DNA of 32,000 bases from contig NC_008312.1 in NCBI RefSeq assembly GCF_000014265.1, positions 3,930,001-3,962,000 on the forward strand. Direction: 5' to 3'. Under the pieces are notes generated by a model. That model was given only the letters and a program-made list of their open reading frames with translations. It did no database searches and was not told the origin of the DNA. A program made the position numbers and the translations under genes. Source of the stretch: Trichodesmium erythraeum IMS101 (GTDB taxonomy: Bacteria > Cyanobacteriota > Cyanobacteriia > Cyanobacteriales > Microcoleaceae). Positions 8,755 through 17,028 of this stretch are shown here, piece by piece (positions within the stretch are counted from its first letter, which is position 1; every line of letters begins with the position of its first letter).

Positions 8755-8806
8755 TGATATAATACTAATAAATAAATTAATCAATTAATAATTAATTAAT
8801 TGATTA
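8755..8806 (+). promoter_or_regulatory. Candidate extended -10 promoter (TGATATAAT) followed by a 12-bp-arm inverted repeat (candidate operator) upstream of the helicase gene
   Basis: TGaTATAAT lies at 8755-8763. TAATCAATTAAT (8778-8789), spacer aatta, and ATTAATTGATTA (8795-8806) form exact reverse-complement arms 15 nt downstream of the -10. No good -35 is present. The region is AT-rich, so a chance match is possible. Confidence 0.3.
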
Positions 8807-8983
8807 GCAGGTACTGACAACCATGAAAAAAACTAATAACTGATAACTAAACAAAACTTACGCAGCTATCACCATATATAGTAGGATTTTTAATCTTGCC
8901 GAGCACTGGCTGTTAACCTCTCAAACTAGTCTATAATTCCATATGAATACGTAAACCCTGTTGAAAAAAGCAGATAACTGAAA

Positions 8984-11900
8984 ATGACTATATTTCAAAC
9001 TAACCCATCCAACCTTCACCAATTACTCCAAATGGTAAAAGATGGAGATGAACTTAACCTACAAGCAGGAGATTATAAAGCACCTTTTACCATAGATAAA
9101 TCAATTACCATTCGTGGTAGTGGTAGCGATACCGTGATTTTTGCTGCAACCGAAACCCCACTAATAATTACAGCTTCAAAAGTACGAGTGGAAAATTTAA
9201 CAGTAGAGCGAACAGTTGGTGGTGACAATGGGGAAGTTGCTATATTTGCTGAAGCTAATACTAACCCCATTTTGAGTCAGGTGAAATTAAATGGTGTTGC
9301 AGAAAATGTAGAATGGTCAGGAGTAAGTTGGAATATCCCCACAATTCTCGACTTTGGGGAAATAGAAATAAACCGACTGGTAGAACGTGAGTGGGAGTTA
9401 GAACTAGGTTCAGCTTGTCAGGTTTTGTGCGATCTTAATTGGTTACAAGTGCGCTCCAGTTATCTCTCACCGGGGCGACAAAATTTACAGGTTGTCCTGA
9501 ATACTGCCAATATCCCTACTGGTACAAATTTATCTGGCTTGATTTTTCTGTCAGCAGCAGATAGTAGACGGGAATTAGAAGTTACTGCCAAAGTTATTTC
9601 CCCCCTTCCAGTAACTCCAGTTTTAGCAGCTTCCACAAAAGCTTTGCCAGCTAAAGTTTTGAACTCTCAAGATTGGGGTTATCGGTTTTCTGGTAGTGCC
9701 GCAGATAAATTGGTTCGCGCTCAGTTGGGTGAGGCAGCTCTGAAAAAATATCCAGAATTTCCCCAACGTCGAGCCAAAGCAGAAGCATTGATGTCTGAAA
9801 TATTGGATGGAAATTCTCATCTATATTATGTGCGCCGTCAAGCGCCGGGAAGAGAAGAAGGAGAGGAAATTTGGGAACTGACTATGGCGACTGACAGGGA
9901 GGAGCAAGAGTGGGAAAAAACTTTGAAACTTCGCGGAGCAGTAAATATTGATGAAGACAGAGTTTTAAAATTATTATCGGTGCAGTTAATTTCTCAAAAA
10001 GCAGAAAAAGATGAATTTAGTTTAGCTTTGCAAATTCGTTTATTGCCACAACATCAGTATCGACGAGGGATACCATTGGGAGTAGTGCGCTCTATGGGTA
10101 AAATGCCTTTTTTTGGAGACCGTATACCTACAGAGGAGCAACTACCTATTTGGACGACTTTTGTAGAAATAGAGCAACGTATAGCAGAAAAACGTCAGTT
10201 TTGCCTACAGTTTCTGAGTCATAACTATGGTAGTGCAGGGAGAAAGATTACTTTTGAAATTGATGTTTCTTCCGCAACCATTGATGGTACCGCAGAAAGT
10301 GCTATAGACGATCTTGAGTTACGGCGACGACTATTTGAGGCTAAGAACGAAGATATTCAGCTTTTTCAAACTTCTCCTGCAGGTGGTGATGCTAGAGATG
10401 GAGAAAAGTTGGGAGCGATCGCTACTATTGACTGGAAAAAAGGTCAAGTAGGAGTAATGTTAGATAGTGAAATTGTGGAAATTATTAGTCGTGGGAGTTA
10501 TAGAATACCATCCACAGGATTTCTATTTTTTATAGCTTCTGGGGATATAGCTCAAGTGAAACGCAAACGCAGAGCTCTAGAAGATTTACAAAGTGGTCGT
10601 TGTCAGAATCCATATTTGGGAGATTTTTTCTTTGATGCTACCTGTGCGCGAGCTCCGAAGCAGGTAGTTAAACTGCAACCCCAGGATTTATTGTTACCTG
10701 CTGCGAATGTTAATCAAATTGCTGCTGTGGAAACAGTTTTAGCTAGTCCAGATTTGGCTTTAATTCAAGGACCACCTGGCACAGGGAAAACTACTGTTAT
10801 TGCTGAAATATGTTATCAAGTTGCTTTGCGTGGGGGACGAACTTTGATTGCATCTCAGGCAAATTTAGCAGTTGATAATGCTTTGAGTAGATTAGTTCAT
10901 AACCCGGTTATTCGTGCTGTGCGTAAGGGAAAAGCAGAAAAGGTGCAGGAAGAAGGGGAGCCATTTTTGGAACACCGAGTCATTGATACTTGGTTGAAAA
11001 ATACTGCAAACGACTGTGAAAGTGATTTGGATGAGCGGCTACAACGGGTAGAAATTTTACGGAATTTATTGATAGAGTCAGAGAGGTTTAATGCTTATGT
11101 GGAGTTAGAGGAAGTATGGGTAAGTCAGCAGCAAGAGTTGAGCGATCGCCAAACTATTTTGGAAACAAGTCGGGAAGTTTTAGCAAGTGAAGTTTTGCAA
11201 TTAGAAACTGATACAAAGGAATTAAATTTTCTGATGTTGGGATTAGATAATTTGTTAAATTCTGCACCTAATGTTAATTGGCAAGACGAGGAAGTTAAAA
11301 GTTTATTACCCCGTTTACAACCTTATTCTCAGGAGGAAAAATCAGTCAAAGATTTAGTAGAGAATGTGCGTTTAGCTCGAAATATTTCCAGAGATATTGG
11401 TTGGGAAATTCCAGCATTAGGAGCTTTTGGTTTAGCAACTTGGTTTCAAGAAAATTTAGCTATTTTATTGCCAGAATTTTACAATGGGTTAGCTGTAGCA
11501 AAAAAAGTAACTCTGATGATGTCAGAACTAGAAAATTTACAGCAGATATATCAACAGAGTCATAGTAAGTTTGAGCAGCTCAAAAAAGATATTGATAACC
11601 AAGATATAGTTTCGGAAAATCTACAAAAAAATCGCCAAGAATTAGAATCACAAAAAAGTCAAATAGATTTAGTTGTTTCAGAAGTAGGTGCTTGGATAAA
11701 TATTGGTAAAAACCGTATATTTGAGGAATTAAAAAAATGTTGGGAGACTGATCAAGATTTCCAATTAGATTTAATTGGGCTACCAGAAAGTTTGATTAAA
11801 CTTGTTAATAGGAAAAAATTACAACTTTTGCCAGAATATGCTCAACCTCTTCATAGTTTGCCAGATTGGGAAAGAGTGGAAAAAGCATTAAACGCAGAGT

Positions 11901-13945
11901 CAAATCGTGGCTTTCAAAATATCCGAGGCCGAGAACATCGTTTTGATAATTTTTTGCAAATTATTCTAAGTAAACCACCAATAGTTTTGTCAGAAAGAGA
12001 TTATCAAAAGTGGCAAGAATACGCTATATATTTTGAACGTTATTCGCAACTTAACCAAACAAGCCGACAAGGTTTAGTAGAAAAAATCCAACATTTTTTT
12101 GATGAAAATAGGAGCAAATATAGTCTGGTATGGAAAGCAGATAATATGTTAAATACTTTGGCAGAAGTAACAGATAAGATATCCAATAAAATTCTCCATC
12201 ATTCTCGTGAAATGTTACTTCCTATGAAACGAAGAAATCAAAAAGAAATACTAAAAAATAAGGAACATTTAGAAGAAATTAGTGAATTACAGAAAAGCTA
12301 CAAACAAGAACGAGAAGTAGTTGAAGAAGAAGGAAAAAATTTACATCAAAAGCTCGAACAAAAATATCAAGAGTTTATTAACAAATTAACAGGAATAGAG
12401 GTTCAATTAGAGTTTAATCCAGAAATTCATAGTTTAGCTAAAAAGTATCTTGAATCAACACCATTAGAAGTATTAAATGATCAATCAAATTTTGTAGCTA
12501 AAGTAAATTCTTGGGAAAATAACCTCAAGCAACTTGAAAAAATAGCCCCTTTATTTGAGCCTTTTACCGTTCTTACAGATATTAAAAATCTTCTCCAAAA
12601 TAAACTAAATACTGCTCAAGAAAAAGCAGATAAATCTCAGGAAGAACTCCAATCTTCTGAAACAGAAATTAATCAAATTAAAACAGCCTTACAACAAGAA
12701 CCATCAATAACCCTAATCGAAGAAAGAGACTGGTGGAAATCTGCATGGAAAAAAATCCCAGAAAATATCAAACCTAGGGTTTATGAAACAGAAATATTTG
12801 CCATAGAAATTTTGCAGAAAATTAAACTTCAACTGCAAAACTGGCAACAAGAATTAGACACAGAAAAAACATATCTAAATAGCCACCAGAAATTTATCCA
12901 AGACTGGATTGAAAAAATCAAAAAACCTTCAGAAAAAGATAGTAACGATCTGAGAAAAATTTATCTTGATAATGCCAATGTTATTGGTATTACTTGCGTC
13001 CAAGCTGCCAGTCGGAGTTTTGCTGAAGAATTTAATAGTTTTGACGTAGTTATAATTGATGAAGTTAGTAAATGTACTCCCCCAGAAATATTAATTCCGG
13101 CATTAAAAGGCAAAAAATTAGTATTAGTAGGAGACCATCGCCAATTACCACCAATGCTCCATAATAGTACTATTGAAGAAATTGCTGAAGAGATGAAGAG
13201 TACAAAAGAAGAACTAAGCTTTTTAGAAGAGTCGCTATTTAAAACTCACTTTGATACAGCAACAGAAAAAATCAAGCAGATGTTAACTATTCAATATCGA
13301 ATGCACCCGAATATTATGGGAGCAATTAATCAGTTTTATCAACATCGTTTACAATGTGGTATTATTCAACCAAACGAAGAACGCGCTCACAACTTAGGTG
13401 GTGAAATTCTGCAAGATAATAAACATATTATTTGGGTAAAAATGCCACATTTAGAAAGTTTTATTGAACAAAAAGAAGGAACATCACCTTTTAATGAAAA
13501 AGAAGTTGATGTCATTGAAAAATTATGTGGTGAAATGGAGAAATCTTGGCGTATTAAAATTGCGGAGGGCTTTCCCAGAAAAGAATTAGGAATTATTACA
13601 TTTTATAATGCTCAGTTACGACTAATAGACTCAAGAATTAATCCAGAAAAATTTCCATCGCTGCATATTAGAACAGGTACAGTTGACAGATTTCAGGGTA
13701 TGGAAAGACAAGTAATTATTGTGAGTATGGTAAGAAATAATGAGGAGGGAAAAGTAGGGTTTGCTAAGAAGCCAGAACGGGTAAATGTTGCTTTTTCTCG
13801 TGCTCAGGAATTGTTAGTTATTGTTGGGTGTCATGGGTTATTTACTCAACATTATGGAATGGTGGGAAATATGTACTCAGAAGTTTCTGATGTTGTGCGT
13901 CGTCAAGGAGGGTTGATAGAATTTTCTGACATTTTGGGTGAATAA
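8984..13945 (+). CDS. Large Upf1/DNA2-like SF1B helicase with N-terminal beta-helix-like module and a giant coiled-coil insertion
   Basis: 1653 aa. Helicase motifs are: I, LIQGPPGTGKT (nt 10769-10792 for GPPGTGKT); Ia, IASQANLAVDNALSRL; II, VVIIDEVSK (nt 13046-13072); III, LVLVGDHRQLPP; IV, TIQYRMHPNI; V, TVDRFQGMERQVIIVSMVR; VI, ERVNVAFSRAQELLVIVG. The N-terminus GDYKAPFTIDKSITIRGSGSDTVIF..VRVENLTVER resembles right-handed beta-helix repeats. About 700 K/E/Q/L/N-rich residues separate motifs Ia and II. Confidence 0.9.
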   Translation: MTIFQTNPSNLHQLLQMVKDGDELNLQAGDYKAPFTIDKSITIRGSGSDTVIFAATETPLIITASKVRVENLTVERTVGGDNGEVAIFAEANTNPILSQVKLNGVAENVEWSGVSWNIPTILDFGEIEINRLVEREWELELGSACQVLCDLNWLQVRSSYLSPGRQNLQVVLNTANIPTGTNLSGLIFLSAADSRRELEVTAKVISPLPVTPVLAASTKALPAKVLNSQDWGYRFSGSAADKLVRAQLGEAALKKYPEFPQRRAKAEALMSEILDGNSHLYYVRRQAPGREEGEEIWELTMATDREEQEWEKTLKLRGAVNIDEDRVLKLLSVQLISQKAEKDEFSLALQIRLLPQHQYRRGIPLGVVRSMGKMPFFGDRIPTEEQLPIWTTFVEIEQRIAEKRQFCLQFLSHNYGSAGRKITFEIDVSSATIDGTAESAIDDLELRRRLFEAKNEDIQLFQTSPAGGDARDGEKLGAIATIDWKKGQVGVMLDSEIVEIISRGSYRIPSTGFLFFIASGDIAQVKRKRRALEDLQSGRCQNPYLGDFFFDATCARAPKQVVKLQPQDLLLPAANVNQIAAVETVLASPDLALIQGPPGTGKTTVIAEICYQVALRGGRTLIASQANLAVDNALSRLVHNPVIRAVRKGKAEKVQEEGEPFLEHRVIDTWLKNTANDCESDLDERLQRVEILRNLLIESERFNAYVELEEVWVSQQQELSDRQTILETSREVLASEVLQLETDTKELNFLMLGLDNLLNSAPNVNWQDEEVKSLLPRLQPYSQEEKSVKDLVENVRLARNISRDIGWEIPALGAFGLATWFQENLAILLPEFYNGLAVAKKVTLMMSELENLQQIYQQSHSKFEQLKKDIDNQDIVSENLQKNRQELESQKSQIDLVVSEVGAWINIGKNRIFEELKKCWETDQDFQLDLIGLPESLIKLVNRKKLQLLPEYAQPLHSLPDWERVEKALNAESNRGFQNIRGREHRFDNFLQIILSKPPIVLSERDYQKWQEYAIYFERYSQLNQTSRQGLVEKIQHFFDENRSKYSLVWKADNMLNTLAEVTDKISNKILHHSREMLLPMKRRNQKEILKNKEHLEEISELQKSYKQEREVVEEEGKNLHQKLEQKYQEFINKLTGIEVQLEFNPEIHSLAKKYLESTPLEVLNDQSNFVAKVNSWENNLKQLEKIAPLFEPFTVLTDIKNLLQNKLNTAQEKADKSQEELQSSETEINQIKTALQQEPSITLIEERDWWKSAWKKIPENIKPRVYETEIFAIEILQKIKLQLQNWQQELDTEKTYLNSHQKFIQDWIEKIKKPSEKDSNDLRKIYLDNANVIGITCVQAASRSFAEEFNSFDVVIIDEVSKCTPPEILIPALKGKKLVLVGDHRQLPPMLHNSTIEEIAEEMKSTKEELSFLEESLFKTHFDTATEKIKQMLTIQYRMHPNIMGAINQFYQHRLQCGIIQPNEERAHNLGGEILQDNKHIIWVKMPHLESFIEQKEGTSPFNEKEVDVIEKLCGEMEKSWRIKIAEGFPRKELGIITFYNAQLRLIDSRINPEKFPSLHIRTGTVDRFQGMERQVIIVSMVRNNEEGKVGFAKKPERVNVAFSRAQELLVIVGCHGLFTQHYGMVGNMYSEVSDVVRRQGGLIEFSDILGE

Positions 13946-14847
13946 AATAATTGAGAGTTTGATCAAAATTATATTATAATTTGATTTGCCAAGCACCTAT
14001 AGTATAGTTACATTCTAAATTAAATATTTTGCTAAATTCCTAAAAATTATCACATATCTTTTAAGATAATGGTAGTTAAATTTAGTAATTCAATTAGATG
14101 TCTATCAAGCTAATTGAGGGTCAGTTGGGTTTAAGGCTATTTTATGGCTTATTCTAGGAACTAGTGATACTTACAGCTAAGGATATAATCAGGGTTTTAG
14201 CTTATCCAAAAATCAGATTAATTGAGCTAAAATATGGAATTTTGCTTGAGGCAGGTATTCTATAAAATAGGGAAAGTAATCTTTAAATTACTAAAACAAG
14301 TTAAATTAGTGGTAGTATCAAAATATTTATAGAATTAGTAATATATTAAATGAGTCTTTTGTTTTAATTAGGAGTGCTCTGGAGAGAAAATAAAATGTTA
14401 TTGGCACCGGATTTGCTTTTAGTTGGTAAATACCGTTATCAACTAGAATATTTAGATATAAATAAAGTCGGTACTCATGCTAAGTCTATTCTCAAATGTG
14501 ACCTGATACAACCTGAATTATTACTATTTTTAATTTAGTTGTGCTTTGGTAGATAATATTATTAATAAATAACTACTATAAACAGGGAAGTGGAAAGATA
14601 ATTTTGCTTTACTCTTTTAGATAAAATTATCTTAATTCGGTGAAAAAAAATGTTTTATCTTCAGCCAAGCCTGCAAATGTTATTAAATTCTCTTTCCTCA
14701 TAACTCCTAACTTTAATCTTCCTAACTCCTAAGTCCTGAGTCTTCATTAACTATCTAATTATACCAATTAGACTTGATTTAATATTACAAGGAAAGGAGC
14801 TGTAACAACAATATCCAATTTTATTAAGTAACGCAAAATTAAGACAA

Positions 14848-16692
14848 ATGTTTTTACAATCTTCTACTAAATATATCAGCCCAGAGTTAAATAATTTAGC
14901 CGATAAAATTGAAAAAGATAGCCCTGGAATATCAGTTTTTGCTGCTCGTCAATTTTGTTATAAACTATATCAAACCCCAGTTCAAATTGAGATAATCAAA
15001 GAGAGAGATTTGAATATTCTTGAGGAATTTATTCTCAGAGCAAGTATTGAGTTTAATCCTCCACCAACTGAAGTAGAATTAGCACAAATACTAAAGTTAG
15101 ATCCTATATTTATTCAGAACACTACTAATACTCTTCAATCTCTACAAACTTTAACTATAACACCATCAGATTCTAGAATTAGCATAACTTCTGAAGGAAA
15201 AGAATTTTATACAAAAGGTTCCTTGCCACAACCCCCAGAAAATAAAATTATTTATGCTATTACTAACCCTCTTTCTGAAGAAATTAATTGGCAACTTTCG
15301 GGTTTAAATTCTAAATCTCCAGAACTGCCAAACTTAGCAGATTTTATAACCTTTGAAAATACAACTCCTGAAATTGCTAATTTTACTATTGAAGAACTAA
15401 AAAAGGAAATAATAGACTCTAATTTAGGTATTTATTTACCAGAATCAGGAAAAATAATTAGAGATATTTTCGTAAATACAGATGGGGAAAAATCTATCTG
15501 GAAAGCTATTTCTATTTTAGTTATATTTGATATAATTGAAGAAAAGTTGATTTTACAAGCAAGAGAAGGAAATAAAATTTTAGAAAGGGTATCAAATCAG
15601 TTACAGGAAATGATAGAACGAGGAGAAATTTTGCTCAATGAATTATGTGGTTTACCTCCTGAATCTATAGCCTCTCAAACAGAATCAATTTTAGATTTAA
15701 AGAACCAAAAAGTTGAGGAGAGACTCCAAAAAATTCGGCAACAAGGAATTGAAATAATTAAGCAAACTAGAGAGCAGGGAAAGAAAAAATTACCAAAAAA
15801 ATCAGAATTTATTTTGTTGCGCGATCGCGAAATTAGACCAGAGTTTTTATCTACTCTAAAAGCAGCAACTCAACAGATTTTAATCTATTCTCCTTGGGTA
15901 ACTGAGGAAGTAGTAGATGAGGAGTTTATACAGCTTTTACAAAAGCTAGCAAATAACGGGGTGTGGATTTTAATGGGATATGGAATTGCAGAAAAACAGG
16001 AAAAAGAAACTCAAGCAATGTCCCCTAAAGTTGAGGAAAAATTATTAACAATTAGAACTCCTGAAGATTTACCAGCAGCTCAGATATTTTGGTTAGGAAA
16101 TTCCCATGCTAAAGAGGTATTAGTAGATAGAAAAGTTCATTTATCTGGCTCTCATAATTGGCTTTCTTATCGAGGAGATAGAGGTTTTCGAGGAGAGACA
16201 GCTTATCGAGTCACAAATCTTGATACTGTTGGGTCGGCTTATGAATATTTGCAGGCCAGATTTCAATTTCATGCTAAAAATTTATGGGAGTCTGCAGTAT
16301 CAAGTAGGGATATTAATTTGGCTGTTCAATCTGTTTGTATTTGGGGAGCTTTAGGTATGGCAGAAATGGCGTTTCAAGAATTACAATATCATAATTGGAT
16401 TGAACTTTTTCCAATGTGGTTAAAAGTAGTTATTCAGGGGTTGAGGTCGAAACAAATTTTACTAGATGAGCAGATTTTTAAGCAAGCAATTTCTTGGTTA
16501 AATATAGTTGATACATCATATCAAAATATACAAGATTTACGCTCTGGATGGCAAGGAGTTATAGGAGAGATAGCTCGTCAAAATTCCCAAGCAGCTTTAA
16601 ATTTATTAAATGAGGTAGCATGGGCAGAATTTATCCGTTTAGAAATTTCCTTAACAGACACCCCAGAAAAATTTATAAAAACGCTAAATTAG
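14848..16692 (+). CDS. Single-HKD phospholipase-D-family (Nuc/Zucchini-like) nuclease-domain protein with long N- and C-terminal extensions
   Basis: 614 aa. It has one complete HxK(x)4D(x)6GSxN motif, SHAKEVLVDRKVHLSGSHNW (H420, K422, D427, G434-S-H-N437; nt 16105-16158). This is preceded by the PLD-fold pattern ILIYSPWVTEEVVDEEFIQLLQKLANNGVWILMGYG. The N-terminal ~320 aa include a helix-rich, possibly winged-helix segment (LEEFILRAS..TEVELAQILKLDPIFIQNTTNTLQSLQ). Confidence 0.8.
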   Translation: MFLQSSTKYISPELNNLADKIEKDSPGISVFAARQFCYKLYQTPVQIEIIKERDLNILEEFILRASIEFNPPPTEVELAQILKLDPIFIQNTTNTLQSLQTLTITPSDSRISITSEGKEFYTKGSLPQPPENKIIYAITNPLSEEINWQLSGLNSKSPELPNLADFITFENTTPEIANFTIEELKKEIIDSNLGIYLPESGKIIRDIFVNTDGEKSIWKAISILVIFDIIEEKLILQAREGNKILERVSNQLQEMIERGEILLNELCGLPPESIASQTESILDLKNQKVEERLQKIRQQGIEIIKQTREQGKKKLPKKSEFILLRDREIRPEFLSTLKAATQQILIYSPWVTEEVVDEEFIQLLQKLANNGVWILMGYGIAEKQEKETQAMSPKVEEKLLTIRTPEDLPAAQIFWLGNSHAKEVLVDRKVHLSGSHNWLSYRGDRGFRGETAYRVTNLDTVGSAYEYLQARFQFHAKNLWESAVSSRDINLAVQSVCIWGALGMAEMAFQELQYHNWIELFPMWLKVVIQGLRSKQILLDEQIFKQAISWLNIVDTSYQNIQDLRSGWQGVIGEIARQNSQAALNLLNEVAWAEFIRLEISLTDTPEKFIKTLN

Positions 16693-17028
16693 TTAGAATA
16701 AATACTTTGGCATAACTATAAGTATTCTAGGAAATATGATGTTATTCCTCAACCGTTCTGAGAAAGCTACAACTACAACTAATTGAACCTCTTAATAATT
16801 CTACTGTTGCTTCTATCTTGATAGATTTTTGGGAAATAATTATATATTGCACCAGATAGTTATAAATTATGTCAAACAATTATACCAATTCAGTTTAAAG
16901 ATCTCACAAATAGTTTGAGAGTTTAAATGTGAAATAATTTCTATAAATGACTGAGCGCATCACAGTTTTCAAACTTTAAAACCAGACTTTTAACTTTTGA
17001 ATGTATAACTTCCGTCAAAGGGTATTAC

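Noticed and set aside
3105-9820. Tracked ORFs 3105-3314(+), 5342-5632(+), 6858-7199(+), 9073-9270(-) and 9623-9820(-)
   Set aside because: Each is antisense to a well-supported gene (chaperone, pilin, sigma factor, helicase) and has no motifs of its own.
13946-13990. AU-only imperfect dyad (TCAAAATTATA-t-TATAATTTGA) right after the helicase stop, considered as a terminator
   Set aside because: The stem is entirely A-U with a bulge and the trailing T-run is only 3 nt, so it is too weak to call.
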